From NCBI GenBank assembly GCA_008690995.1, contig VRMN01000003.1:1674001-1738000 (forward strand): a DNA stretch of 64,000 nucleotides, written 5' to 3'. A program made the position numbers and the translations under genes. Within the stretch, counting starts at the first letter, position 1, and each line of letters begins with the position of its first letter. This DNA is from Porphyridium purpureum (Eukaryota). Below are positions 1-10,750 of this stretch, one piece after another. Under the pieces are notes generated by a model. That model saw nothing but the letters and a program-made list of their open reading frames with translations, had not been told where the DNA came from and ran no database searches.

Positions 1-3000
1 CAAAGACCTTGTAATCGTGCATGCTCTTGTCTGCATGATCGCGCGCACCCAGAAAGCGAAGAGGCAGGTTGAGGCTCTGGCTCTTCTTTCTCACCTCTTC
101 CAAGTCGGATCCAGTCCCATATACATCGATCACAGAAGACTCGGGCCAGCTCTCTCTCTCTCCCACATGCGTTTCTAGAAGCTGCAGCAGTTCTGTGTAG
201 CCCTTCCCCCACAGGACTTTACCCATGAAGTAAACTCCCTTGGGAAAAACCTGACTTGATTCTCGTTCCACTCTCTGCTGGGAGTCATCGCTCCCCATGC
301 CCACGCCACTCGCGTTTCCCATCACCTGCTCACCAACACGTACCCCAAGTTCCAGAAGACGCTGCGCCTTTTCGCGTCCCACTCGAACAAACGAAGGCGA
401 AACACCATGAACGTAACTCGTCGTGCTGCGGGAGAACTCTTGCACGGCATCACTCAGCTTGATCACCTGGTGGCAGTGCATGTGACATACAAACTTATTG
501 AACGCCTTGATGAAGTTCTCCTTGAACGCGCCATTTGGCTCTCTCCGAACATATTCCAAGTAGTTGGTATGAATGATGCCCACCACAAGGGGAAACTTGT
601 CCTTCCATTTTGGCCCATCGTGGAACCACGTCAAGTGCTCGGGTTCCTCCAAGACTGCAAGTTCTGTCTTGTCCTGGTTTGGCACGAGCGCTGTCAAATC
701 ACCAAGCGGTAGAATTGAGCCTTTCTCCGAGTCGTACTTGCCGGGGTAGAATACGAGCTTAAACTTGGGCTCGAATCCAACACGCCTGCGCACCCAGTCC
801 ATCACAAAGTTTGTTTGTTGCTCCTCGGTCTCAAACGTGATCTGGTTTGGATAGACTTGATGCTGATCGTCCTTGCTCAGCCAAGGAACCAGAAGGCTTA
901 CCTCTCTGGTTCCACCATTCGCCAAGTAGGCAGCCCGCAACAGCGGGTTTACGGCAGTCCCAGTCATCCACGGCAAGACGGCCGTCGTAACAATGGTGAT
1001 GGTCTTTGCAAGGTCGATCCCGAGGCTGGCGTTCTCCTTTGAAAAACTTTCGCCAGAATACGAATACTGCTGCTGCTGCTGCTGCTGATTTTCTTGGTGC
1101 CCTTCAAGAATACTCGAGGTCGAGGGCTCTGCAACGGATGAAGGATCAGGAAGCATTTGCAGCCTCCGCAAACTCGCTTCTCGCATTGTCTTTCTTGCGA
1201 CGGACTGCAATTTGATCCATTGCTTTTGGCACTCGTGCGCCAGGCGCGCAAAGCCAAGCACAAGCGCAAACGAAATATCCTTCTCCATACCTTTTGCTAG
1301 GGACACCGGCAACGGCGTAAAGGCTCCGGAGGACGCTGCGGTGCGCGACACTCGGTCAACTGACTGCTGCTCTGCAGTACTTGGACACGAAGCCCTTGAA
1401 ACAAAAACGCTCTCGACTTTTTGCACAACAAGCTCATCAACCTTGCTCTCCAATGCCTCTTCGGCCGGGTCTCCGGTGCCAACAAGGCATGGAGCAGTGC
1501 CGTCACGCCTGAGGCCACTCTGAGTGTGTGATCCGTTTGCGTTGCCCCTGTTGGATCGGCCTCCAGGATCGCCAAGAGGGCTCGCACTGACACTTCGCTC
1601 GAATGCTGAACTAGATCCGCCAGGCCTGCGAGGGGTTTCATTGACCACCGCAAGAGCACTATCCATGTCGCGATCGCTTCTGAAAAAGGCGCCCAAGTCC
1701 AAATAAGATTCCTCGGCACTTTGCAACGAGACCGCACTCGACCAACATCGCCGCAACCCCACTCTCGAAACACCGTCCTCGCACATGCCGTCGAACAATG
1801 ACTCCGCGTCTGTTCGAATCGTTTGAATCAGCTGCTCCGCATGCCTGTGCATTGTCTCAGCACCCTTCTGGAGTGTCATTGGGGAGCGAGATGGAGTGCC
1901 ATCGTTGTGTGCCGCTGCTGAGAACGCACTATCCCGCTCCGACGAGTAAGGGTAAAGACCAGAGGCACGCGACGAACTGAAGCTTTCACGGAGCCGCTCC
2001 TGATGTTTTCTAAGATGCTCCTCCAGGGAATTCGTGACAGTTTGGAAAACTTCGTCCAGCGCAATCGAGCTCGCAGGATTGGCATAGGCGTCTGAGCTCC
2101 AAGGTACTGCGTCCTCCGCGTCAAGCGCCTCAGACGCAGAGTTCAACAAGGAGTCCACCATTGCCTTCCGCCTCAATTCCAGTCGCCGGATCGTCGGACC
2201 TGTACCCGCGGATGACTTGGACGCATGGTGCCCACTGGGATAGCGATGACGATGATGCTCTCCTATTCTGTCCTTCCGACTTTGAGACGAAGTTTGGAGC
2301 TGCTGGTCTTGAGCAAGCGAATGCAGCTGCTGGTTTTGCTGTGATACGCGAAGCTCGCTGCAGGGCTCTTCGTTCGCATGGTCGGCGCCTTTCGTTTTTG
2401 CCCGTGGTGAAGGCGATGTCTTCTGTCTCGGATGCGCATTCCCGAACCAGAATCCCGACCAGTTAAAATCAATATGCGCGCTCGAACTTTCGTTTCCCAA
2501 ATCCGCGCGCTTTTGTGGTGTTGACACATCCCGGACTTGGTCTCCTGCGTGGCTCATCAAGGCTCTCCCGCTCGCGGCTGTTCCGGAGGTATCTCGTCGA
2601 GGCGTCGAACGCGACGATTCGCCTTTGGACGGAGTGCTGGCCTTCGACGACGACCGCATCTCCTGTCCCGCGCAATCCTTTGCTTTCGCTGTCGCGTCCG
2701 GCGCAAGCGCATGCTGCGCCGAAGCACCCGTGCCCGATGCGAGCGCCCGTTGGGACTCGACATGTGCATCTCCCGCTTCGCGCTGCGCGACCTCCTTCCC
2801 GGCCTCAGGTCCCGCTTGGTGCTTCAAGCTCGACGGAGACGCAGGAAACAAACTCCACCCCGCGCGAGCTGCCTGCCCTTGCTGCTGCTGTAGTCGCTGC
2901 GGATCTTGCCGCCGCGCTTGCTTGTGCGCCAGCGCGCGCTCGTCCGCGGACGGCGACGTCCATGTCGGCAACACAGGAAGCAACGGTAACGCCTCCATAC

Positions 3001-3154
3001 CACCACCCGCTCCCTTTCCCCCCACGTGACTATTCCCTTCCCCCTTTCTCCCTGCATCACTCGCCAAACGACCTTCTCCCCGTCCGCAGTTATGCTCCCT
3101 TATGCTGCCCCTCCCTTTATCTCCTCGCCCCCGGTTTCCGTCCATCCAACTCAT
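1..3154 (-). CDS. DGD1: Digalactosyldiacylglycerol synthase (plant-type DGD, GT4) with long N-terminal extension; 3' end runs off the window
   Basis: Absent from the ORF track because it has no stop in the window. Hand translation of the minus frame gives ITIVTTAVLPWMTGTAVNPLLRAAYLA, EEPEHLTWFH, HTNYLEY, HCHQVIKLSDAVQ, YFMGKVLWGKGYTELL and DHADKSMHDYKVF. The frame stays open upstream to ATGs at 2998, 3145 and 3154, with an in-frame stop at 3173-3175. Start uncertain. Confidence 0.9.
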   Translation of the reverse strand, partial: MSWMDGNRGRGDKGRGSIREHNCGRGEGRLASDAGRKGEGNSHVGGKGAGGGMEALPLLPVLPTWTSPSADERALAHKQARRQDPQRLQQQQGQAARAGWSLFPASPSSLKHQAGPEAGKEVAQREAGDAHVESQRALASGTGASAQHALAPDATAKAKDCAGQEMRSSSKASTPSKGESSRSTPRRDTSGTAASGRALMSHAGDQVRDVSTPQKRADLGNESSSAHIDFNWSGFWFGNAHPRQKTSPSPRAKTKGADHANEEPCSELRVSQQNQQLHSLAQDQQLQTSSQSRKDRIGEHHRHRYPSGHHASKSSAGTGPTIRRLELRRKAMVDSLLNSASEALDAEDAVPWSSDAYANPASSIALDEVFQTVTNSLEEHLRKHQERLRESFSSSRASGLYPYSSERDSAFSAAAHNDGTPSRSPMTLQKGAETMHRHAEQLIQTIRTDAESLFDGMCEDGVSRVGLRRCWSSAVSLQSAEESYLDLGAFFRSDRDMDSALAVVNETPRRPGGSSSAFERSVSASPLGDPGGRSNRGNANGSHTQSGLRRDGTAPCLVGTGDPAEEALESKVDELVVQKVESVFVSRASCPSTAEQQSVDRVSRTAASSGAFTPLPVSLAKGMEKDISFALVLGFARLAHECQKQWIKLQSVARKTMREASLRRLQMLPDPSSVAEPSTSSILEGHQENQQQQQQQYSYSGESFSKENASLGIDLAKTITIVTTAVLPWMTGTAVNPLLRAAYLANGGTREVSLLVPWLSKDDQHQVYPNQITFETEEQQTNFVMDWVRRRVGFEPKFKLVFYPGKYDSEKGSILPLGDLTALVPNQDKTELAVLEEPEHLTWFHDGPKWKDKFPLVVGIIHTNYLEYVRREPNGAFKENFIKAFNKFVCHMHCHQVIKLSDAVQEFSRSTTSYVHGVSPSFVRVGREKAQRLLELGVRVGEQVMGNASGVGMGSDDSQQRVERESSQVFPKGVYFMGKVLWGKGYTELLQLLETHVGERESWPESSVIDVYGTGSDLEEVRKKSQSLNLPLRFLGARDHADKSMHDYKVF

Positions 3155-3191
3155 AACCAACCCACCAACCCACTAACCCTACGTGCCGGTC

Positions 3192-3224
3192 CACAAGGCA
3201 CACAAGGCACACAAGGCACACAAG
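3192..3224. repeat. Short 9-nt tandem repeat (CACAAGGCA) x3 plus a partial copy
   Basis: cacaaggca cacaaggca cacaaggca cacaag, just upstream of DGD1. Confidence 0.8.
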
Positions 3225-3394
3225 ATTCTAGATGCACACACAAACATCTACACAAATAACGTCGTTTCGAAGCGGCGCGCAAATCGTCGTTTGTGCGGCC
3301 GATATTTACGTAAACACACGTACGTACCAGCTGTACCTGTCGCCGCTGTACAGCTGGCACACCCCCGCCCCATCCTTGCAGCCTTATGCAAACT

Positions 3395-3700
3395 TGTGTG
3401 TGCGCATGTGTGTTTGTGTGTGTGTGTGTGTGTGGATGTGTTGTTCTCTCTAGCCACACACGGCGCTCGCTCACCACGCTTCCACACCCAACCCACTACA
3501 CACACACACACACACACACACATACACACATGTGCATAGCGATACATAGCTGTACATCCTTATGGTTTTAGGAGGGGGTACAGTGTTCCGGCGCCGAGAT
3601 TAGGGTCGTGGACTTTTATATGTGTGTGTGTGTGGATGCGTGGTGCCGCGTCCCGGTTTAGGTAGCGCCGAAATCTCGTGTGGTCGTGTGTGTGTGTGTG
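3395..3700. repeat. Cluster of (TG)n/(CA)n microsatellites in the DGD1/PRK divergent intergenic region
   Basis: (TG)n at ~3415-3434, (AC)n at ~3498-3522, further (TG)n at ~3621-3633 and ~3687-3700. Confidence 0.85.
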
Positions 3701-4062
3701 CTCGAGCGTTCATCGAAACGTGGTGTGGTGGGGAAGTACGCGGCGCGCGCTTGTATGTAGAATGAGGTGGTGGCGTGATTTCTGCCGCTTGTTCAAAGCG
3801 GTAATCAAGAGGAGAGGGGGGGAGGGGGGCACACCAAGGCAGTTTGGTGTTTGAGCTGGGGGGCCTGTCTGTGTGTTTGGTTGGTTGTTTGGTTGCAGGC
3901 CACAAGTAGCCGCACACGCGGAGGGGTGAGATCTGGGTTTGGATAAGAGTAGGAACAAGGTGGGAGTTGGCAGTGGGAGAAGAGGGTTTGGGGAGGTTGG
4001 TTGGAGACGCAGAGAAGGGGGGGAATAGAGAGGTGGGAGGCGTGGAGAGAGGAGGTGGCAAG

Positions 4063-5352
4063 ATGGTGTCTGCGTTTGTGGCAGGGGGCGCGTCCCTGAT
4101 GGGCGCGAGCGGCGCGGCGGGCCCGCTGGCGTGCGGCAGCCGCAAGTGGGTCGGCGTCGCGCCGCACGCCGCCGGCAGCACGGTGCGAGGGTACGCGCCG
4201 GCAAGGGCGGGCGCGCTGCGCATGGCCGTCGCAGTGGAGGGCTTTGAGAAGGCGCCGGGCGCCGACCTGTCGGAGCAGGGCCACCACGCCGACGCCATGA
4301 TCGCCACAAAGGTGTCGGATGTGATGAAGCAGAAGGGCATTGAGCGCCCGGTCATCATCGGCGTCGCCGCCGACTCGGGGTGCGGCAAGTCCACCTTCCT
4401 GCGCCGCGTGCTGAACATCTTCGGTGCGCAGGTCTCCAAGGCGCACACGCCGCAGGGTGACTTCATCACGGTGATCTGCCTGGATGACTACCACTACCAC
4501 GACCGCAAGGGCCGCAAGGTCGCCAACGTGACGGCGCTGGACGAGAAGGCAAACAACTTTACGCTGATGGCCGCGCAGGTCAAGGCGCTCAAGGAGGGTA
4601 AGGCAATCTATAAGCCGATCTACAACCATGACACCGGAGAGCACGATCCGTCGGAGCTCATCGAGCCAAACCACCTGGTCGTGATTGAAGGTCTGCATCC
4701 GATGTACGACCCAAGGGTAGCGGAGCTGCTGGACCTCAGCGTGTACATGGACGTCTCCGATGAGGTGAAGCTCAGCTGGAAGGTGCAGCGCGACATGGCC
4801 GAGCGCGGTCACACGCTTGAAAACATTCTTGCGTCCATCGAGTCGCGAAAGCCCGACTTTGCCCAGTTTGTGGACCCGCAGAAGAAGAAGGCCGACATTG
4901 TGCTGAACATTCTCCCCACGCAGCTTGTGCCAGACGACAAGGAGAACAAGTACCTGCGTGTGCAGATGATCCAGCGCGAGGCTGCGACCAACTTTGCCAA
5001 AGTTTCCATCTTTGACGAGGGCTCCACAATCGACTGGGTGCCTTGCGGACGCAAGCTTTCCTGCTCTTACCCGGGCATCAAGTTCCACTACGGCCCAGAC
5101 TCCTACTTTGGCGAGGACGTGACCGTGCTGGAGATGGACGGCGTGGTGGAGAAGCTGGACGAGATGATCTACGTCGAGTCGCACCTGAACAACACGGAGA
5201 CCAAGTTCTACGGTGAAATGACCCAACAGCTTCTGAAGAACCCGACCGCGCCCGGCACCTTCAATGGCACTGGACTTTTCCAGGTGCTGATCGCGCTCAA
5301 GATGCGCGAAGTGTACGAGAAATGCACGGGCCGAAAGCTGTCGGTAAACTAA
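4063..5352 (+). CDS. PRK: Phosphoribulokinase, plastid-targeted
   Basis: IIGVAADSGCGKSTFLRR P-loop, ICLDDYH, KPIYNH, EGLHP, WVPCGRKL, NGTGLFQ. First ATG at 4063 gives an Ala/Ser/Arg-rich transit peptide beginning MVSAFV. Confidence 0.97.
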   Translation: MVSAFVAGGASLMGASGAAGPLACGSRKWVGVAPHAAGSTVRGYAPARAGALRMAVAVEGFEKAPGADLSEQGHHADAMIATKVSDVMKQKGIERPVIIGVAADSGCGKSTFLRRVLNIFGAQVSKAHTPQGDFITVICLDDYHYHDRKGRKVANVTALDEKANNFTLMAAQVKALKEGKAIYKPIYNHDTGEHDPSELIEPNHLVVIEGLHPMYDPRVAELLDLSVYMDVSDEVKLSWKVQRDMAERGHTLENILASIESRKPDFAQFVDPQKKKADIVLNILPTQLVPDDKENKYLRVQMIQREAATNFAKVSIFDEGSTIDWVPCGRKLSCSYPGIKFHYGPDSYFGEDVTVLEMDGVVEKLDEMIYVESHLNNTETKFYGEMTQQLLKNPTAPGTFNGTGLFQVLIALKMREVYEKCTGRKLSVN

Positions 5353-5868
5353 GTGGACGTGCGAGCCCACGCCGGCGTTCTTCCACGGGTTAGATATTAC
5401 TAAGTAAACCTTCCGTCCTGTTTGTTTTCTGCTGCGCCCAAGTAGCTTATAGTTGTCTGTCACGGCTCGAGACCTTGCGAATCCAAGGGAAACGCCCATT
5501 ATCAGCCATCTCCTTCGGTTCGGCACACTCTCGCGGTGAGGAATCAGCTGGGGCGTCTCTTCCCTCGCCCAAAAGGAAAACGAAAAAGGGAAAGGAAAAA
5601 TTTGGCGCAAAAAGCCTGTGGTATCAAGGACTTGCGGAGGCAGCGTTGCGAGGCTCCTGATACAACGCTCTCGGACTTGATCCGGTGGTAAATGAGCTTG
5701 TGCAGGACGTGTCCTTGCTGGCAGAAGCACAACTAAGCATGGTATATAGAGGCGCGGTCTGCTCAACTGGGCGTCTCAAACTGGGAAAGCGCGGGGCCAG
5801 GGCGAAAAGTGCACAGAAGGAAAAGGAGGTCCTTTGCCTGCTGAGGTGTCAAAAGAAATTGAGAAAGG

Positions 5869-6591
5869 ATGGTGCTCAAGGAATCAGACATGGTGGGAGA
5901 GATCGCTCGTGAGTTCACCGCTCTCTCGGTTCTCGATGGAGAGGCCAAGCCGAATGGGCGTGCGAATCCAGTGCCTCGTCCGCACGTTGGGCTGGCCGTG
6001 GTGGTACCACCAAAGGACAACGAAAAGGGAACCTTTGTGCTTCGATGCGTGCTGTGTGAGGGGCGCTGCATCGGAGGTTTGAGCCGTCGAAACTGCCTGT
6101 CCTCGAAGCAGGCGCACAATGCGACGCGGTGGATTGCGCACTTGGTCGAGCGCTGCGAGGCTTGTCCTTGGGAGGTCAAAATGGCGCTTTGGAGGAGCAG
6201 CAATTCCGAGACGCTCCAGAAACCCAAGCGTACAGCTAAAGGAGAGCACCTCGAGACCACTAGCCCGTTGCGTGGCGCGCCCGGTAAGACCATGAACAAG
6301 AAGGCGGCCACAAATCAGCCGGTTGGGACAGATACGGAAGAAAAGATCATTTCACTCTTCAGAGACGCATGCGAAAGAAATTTTCGCAGAGCAGGCGACG
6401 GTGGAAGCCCCAGCCGCTGCGCGGCCGACGAGCTCGACCTTCACAAGGCCGCGCTTTTCATCGCAAACGCCACGAAGCGCAGGATTCCAGACGTGAAAGC
6501 TCTTGTCGATGAAGCTGACGTAGATGACGCCAAGTGTATCGACGAGGATAAGCTCGTGTATGTCATCCGGCAGCTTTGCGTGTCTGGCTGA
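5869..6591 (+). CDS. Hypothetical protein with a BED-type zinc-finger-like motif
   Basis: 240-aa ATG-initiated ORF containing CVLC...HNATRWIAHLVERCEAC, similar in spacing to BED fingers. Confidence 0.55.
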   Translation: MVLKESDMVGEIAREFTALSVLDGEAKPNGRANPVPRPHVGLAVVVPPKDNEKGTFVLRCVLCEGRCIGGLSRRNCLSSKQAHNATRWIAHLVERCEACPWEVKMALWRSSNSETLQKPKRTAKGEHLETTSPLRGAPGKTMNKKAATNQPVGTDTEEKIISLFRDACERNFRRAGDGGSPSRCAADELDLHKAALFIANATKRRIPDVKALVDEADVDDAKCIDEDKLVYVIRQLCVSG

Positions 6592-7040
6592 AGCGCTCCT
6601 CGCAGTCTGTCCACAAAGAAAATCCTTGCTTGGGAGCAGTGAGTCATGAATTGCATCCATGGAGTCGCGCTTGCGAAAACACGTCATGAGCCGATGGATG
6701 CCAAGTCCGCAGAAGGAGAAAAAAGCAGATGCACAAGCTATCTTTCTGCTTTGCTACGTTTTGAGTATGCTGCGTTGTGCCTGCCTGTGCACTGTCAGGA
6801 GCGCTTGCAAGCAGGAGTAGGTTACGTACGTGAATGCCACGTAAAGATTTGTCATGCTGTCATCCACCTCGCGGCACCTCTTGGTCCTCACTCGTGGAGC
6901 TCTCTGCCTTGCCCGCATCGAAACGATGCAACTCCACATGCACGCTGTACACACGATTCCTTGTGTACAGCGCGGACGCGTTACTGGTCGAGCGCACCGA
7001 CGGCCTGTTGGGGTGGGAAGGATAAACAGAGTCAGGGACG

Positions 7041-9509
7041 ATGGCGAAACGGACCGAAAGCGTCGCGCCGGGTGGCAAACGTGATGGTGCGGGAGCTGCC
7101 GCATCGTCAGCAACAGCCGCAGTAGCCGCCGCAGCAGCAGCAGCGCCGCCGCCGCCGCAGCGGCAGGGACAGGATCAAGCACAACATGGTGTCGAGCCGA
7201 TCTGGCAGCAGTTGCTGTCGGTGCTCGGGCGCGTGCTCTTTATGTATGTTATGTACAGCCTGGTCATGTCGAAGGAGAGTCCCGTAATGGGCATGGTGAA
7301 CAAGTTTATAAGCGCACGGGCTGGTGGCGCGGCGACTGGGCATGTTGCTGTAGCACCGAACGCGGATGGATCTGAATTGGGATTGGTGAATGCAAGTGCC
7401 GGTGAGCGGCAAGCACAACCGGCAGCCGCAATCGATGCGGCAGCGATGATGCAGAACTATTTGGAATCAATGACAGGCCAGGCCGCCTTGAAAAAAGCGA
7501 TTCCGCCGGACCGGTATTTGCTGCGCAAGGATGTTGCGCTGAGCAACATGTGGAGCGCATTGCAAAAATTTGATGTTAGGGTGTACCTTTCTGACTCTCA
7601 GGAAATGGATGCGGTTGCGCTTGTCGCAGCAACGCCAATCTGGAAGCAAATCGGCGTCGAGTATAATTGGAATTCAAACCCGTCAACCGAGAATGGGCAA
7701 GAGATTCGTCTGAATGTGTCACTACCGGACAGTGTTGTTTTGCAGAATTCCAGTTACTACATTCATTCGCTGCTGTCAGTCGAGGGTGCCATCCAAGAAG
7801 AGGATGGCCAGGGCAGTGTAGCTCGTATTCTTGCACCGCGCGAAACATGGCCGGATGCCTTTTTAATGGCAAGTCTAAGTTTGGTGCGTTGGCGCACAGT
7901 AGACCTGTCGAAGAAGGGCAAGCAGCTTCTTTCGTCGGCGCCGAGGAATGAGGACACATCACAAGCACAGTCTGAAATCGAGAGCGTCCCTTCCCGAGCT
8001 ATTGATGATGACACAAAGAACCAGGCTGAAGAGTGTCTTGTGGAAGATGCGGCAGGTGGGATAAGTGAGAATACGGCCTGCACCGTGCCGCCATCAGGAG
8101 TTATTCCACCGGCTGCGGGGGCCGTCGTCGGGGATGCGATCGAAGAGTCTCGCACGGGCATCATTATTGAGCAAGTCTGGAAACCAGAAGTCTTGCTAAC
8201 GTTGCTGGTCGATCACGCGGTGTTTCGGCAAGGTTCGTTCAACCAGGTCTCGCCAATGGTGCAAGGTCTGTACAAGGCGTCGGCGGATAAGCAGCACTAT
8301 TTGCCGCCCTTTTTCGTGAATGAATTCTGGCTGTTGGATGATCAGCTGATTCCGATAAATGCCAGCTACCGTGAGGTGCCGCTATCGGTAGCGTATAATC
8401 CAATTGGAATGCTGAAGCTTGCGTTTCTCGTTCAGATGGAGGCAGTGTGGGAAACTCAAAAAGAAATGGGCCTGCAGGAAGGTGGTGGAGTGGATGATAT
8501 TAAGCGCATGCTCGTCGAGACAAACCCTTATCTTTTGGGCGTGACTGTGGTGGTTTCCATTGCCCACTCCATTCTCGAAATGCTTGCCTTTTCGAGCGAC
8601 ATCAAACATTGGAAGAACACAAAGAGCATGGCAGGTATTAGCGTGCGGTCCATGTTTTGGAACTTTGGTATGCAGGTGGTGATTTTCCTGTACTTGATGG
8701 ACAGTGAGACATCGTTTATGATTCTGGCTGGCCAGGCGGTCGGGCTTGCGATCGAGTTGTGGAAAATCGGCAAAGCGGTCAAGGTGAAATCATTCGGGAA
8801 GCGGAAGCTGTTTGGAATTTTGCCGTGGTTCGAGCTTGAAGAGTCTGCTTCGTACCTGAACGAGACGAAAGAGTACGATGACATGGCGATGCGCTACTTG
8901 TCGTATCTCATTTACCCGCTTGTGATCGCGTACTCCGTCTATTCTCTGGTGTACAAGGAGCACAGGGGCTGGTATTCGTGGCTCATCTCGAGCCTGGTGG
9001 GTGCAGTGTACGCGTTTGGCTTTATCATGATGTTTCCGCAGATTTTCATCAACTACAAGCTGAAATCTGTTGCGCATCTGCCGCTCAAAGCCTTTATGTA
9101 CAAGGCGCTTAACACGTTCATCGACGACCTGTTCTCGTTCATCATCAAGATGCCGACCATGCACCGCCTTGCTTGCTTCCGTGATGACATCGTTTTCGTG
9201 ATCTTTCTGTATCAGCGGTACATCTACCCCGTGGACAAGAAGCGCGTCAACGAATTCGGACAGGGCGGTGTGGAGGATGAAACTGCGAGCGCGTCGTCGA
9301 GCGCGGTGGCGCCGCTTTCGGTTTCGACACCCTTGAAGCGGAAGAAGAAGAGCGTCCGTGCTGCCAGCGCAGCCGCACCTGAAGCCGACTTGGCGGCGCC
9401 GTCGCACGTACCCTCGAAGGACAGTAAGAAGCAGGACAAGACAGATCGGCCGGTAGCAGGCGTTCAGACCTCGTCGGCCGCACCGGCCGCAGCAACCTCG
9501 GGATTGTAG
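7041..9509 (+). CDS. CLPTM1: CLPTM1-family multi-pass ER membrane protein (putative lipid scramblase)
   Basis: 822 aa with YLPPFFVNEFW, DDIKRMLVETNPYLL, LAFSSDIKHWK, FIMMFPQIFINYKLKSVAHLP, YKALNTFIDDLF, HRLACFRDD, YPVDKKRVNEFG. Confidence 0.95.
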   Translation: MAKRTESVAPGGKRDGAGAAASSATAAVAAAAAAAPPPPQRQGQDQAQHGVEPIWQQLLSVLGRVLFMYVMYSLVMSKESPVMGMVNKFISARAGGAATGHVAVAPNADGSELGLVNASAGERQAQPAAAIDAAAMMQNYLESMTGQAALKKAIPPDRYLLRKDVALSNMWSALQKFDVRVYLSDSQEMDAVALVAATPIWKQIGVEYNWNSNPSTENGQEIRLNVSLPDSVVLQNSSYYIHSLLSVEGAIQEEDGQGSVARILAPRETWPDAFLMASLSLVRWRTVDLSKKGKQLLSSAPRNEDTSQAQSEIESVPSRAIDDDTKNQAEECLVEDAAGGISENTACTVPPSGVIPPAAGAVVGDAIEESRTGIIIEQVWKPEVLLTLLVDHAVFRQGSFNQVSPMVQGLYKASADKQHYLPPFFVNEFWLLDDQLIPINASYREVPLSVAYNPIGMLKLAFLVQMEAVWETQKEMGLQEGGGVDDIKRMLVETNPYLLGVTVVVSIAHSILEMLAFSSDIKHWKNTKSMAGISVRSMFWNFGMQVVIFLYLMDSETSFMILAGQAVGLAIELWKIGKAVKVKSFGKRKLFGILPWFELEESASYLNETKEYDDMAMRYLSYLIYPLVIAYSVYSLVYKEHRGWYSWLISSLVGAVYAFGFIMMFPQIFINYKLKSVAHLPLKAFMYKALNTFIDDLFSFIIKMPTMHRLACFRDDIVFVIFLYQRYIYPVDKKRVNEFGQGGVEDETASASSSAVAPLSVSTPLKRKKKSVRAASAAAPEADLAAPSHVPSKDSKKQDKTDRPVAGVQTSSAAPAAATSGL

Positions 9510-9850
9510 AATGTGGGGGCCATGATGTGCCTGGTCGCCTATGCAGCTCTTATACGAATGCGCGCATTTTATAGTAAACAACAAGTACAGCATGTGCGCG
9601 GGTCTTGCGGCTAGAACCCAGGTGGCTGAGAACGGGAGATGTCTCGAAGAAGCGTCGGGTGGTCGTTGCTGTGAACTCGTGTTCGTAAAGCCTCAGGGAA
9701 GCCGCGTGCTTGCTGCGTCACCCAGATCCACGCACCTGCCTTCAGGTCACCGGAGGGTGGTTGCCGGGGCAGCGGCACAGTTGGTGATTACGGGGGCTTG
9801 AGCGTCGGTTTGAGACAGCGTTTGCGATTTAGTGGCCAAGGCGTTTTGTG

Positions 9851-10750
9851 ATGTTCCTTGCGTCGAGAGGTGGAGGGGCGATAGCGCTGTGGCGGGGTAT
9901 GACGAGTGGGAAGGCGGAACAGTCGGTGTTCCGAAGGAACGTGGTGTTGATCTTGGGGCTCGGTTTGCTTGTGTGTGGGGTCACGTCGGTGCTGGGCGCG
10001 CCGGTCATTGACGAGAACTACATCAATGAGGTCGCCGAGCAGGTCATGGACAAACTTCCTCCCGGCATTCGCTCGAGCTTGAGCGGCAATGGTTTCATGT
10101 CTGCCACGATCCAGGCGCTGCTCATGATCTTGGTCACCGAAATTGGCGATAAGACTTTCTTCATTGCCGCCGTGCTGGCGATGAAAAATCCCCGTGGGCT
10201 TGTGCTGACGGGCGCGCTCCTGGCATTATACATCATGACTGTCTTATCTGTGATTATGGGTAAGGCATTTCCATTGCTATTCAGCAAAAAGTACTCGTCC
10301 GTGGTCGCAGCAGTGCTTTTCGTGTACTTTGGCGTAGTCTTGCTTCGAGACTGGTACAAGATGCGTGACCAGGCCGACGAGGAGTCGGAAGAATTGCACG
10401 AAGTAGAAGAGGAGCTAGCGAAGAAGGAGCCTACTGAAGGCTCCACCCAAATTCCCAGTTGGGCGCTGGTTCTTGTTTCGCCAATTCTTTTACGTTCATT
10501 CTCGCTGACTTTTGTTGCGGAATGGGGCGACCGCTCGCAAATCGCGACCATCGCATTCGCCGCCGCGCAAAACGCGTATGGTGTTGTGCTTGGCTGCGTA
10601 ATTGGCCACACGATTTGCACAGCCCTGGCAGTACTTGGTGGGCGTCTTTTAGCGTCTCGCATTTCAGAGAAGACTGTCGCATTGTTTGGCGGCATCACGT
10701 TCTTGTTGTTTGCTGTCATGACCATTGTAAACAAGGAGTGGATGGATTAA
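9851..10750 (+). CDS. GDT1: GDT1/TMEM165 (UPF0016) Ca2+/Mn2+:H+ antiporter
   Basis: Two E-x-G-D-[KR]-[TS] motifs (EIGDKT, EWGDRS), acidic central loop, multiple TM helices. First ATG 9851, alternative 9899. Confidence 0.95.
   Translation: MFLASRGGGAIALWRGMTSGKAEQSVFRRNVVLILGLGLLVCGVTSVLGAPVIDENYINEVAEQVMDKLPPGIRSSLSGNGFMSATIQALLMILVTEIGDKTFFIAAVLAMKNPRGLVLTGALLALYIMTVLSVIMGKAFPLLFSKKYSSVVAAVLFVYFGVVLLRDWYKMRDQADEESEELHEVEEELAKKEPTEGSTQIPSWALVLVSPILLRSFSLTFVAEWGDRSQIATIAFAAAQNAYGVVLGCVIGHTICTALAVLGGRLLASRISEKTVALFGGITFLLFAVMTIVNKEWMD

Noticed and set aside
3151..3571. His/Thr- and Cys/Val-repeat ORFs (also 13107-13792)
   Set aside because: Translations of CA/TG microsatellites.
3805..5766. 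653-aa antisense ORF over PRK
   Set aside because: Mirror frame of a strongly GC3-biased gene; no recognisable motifs.
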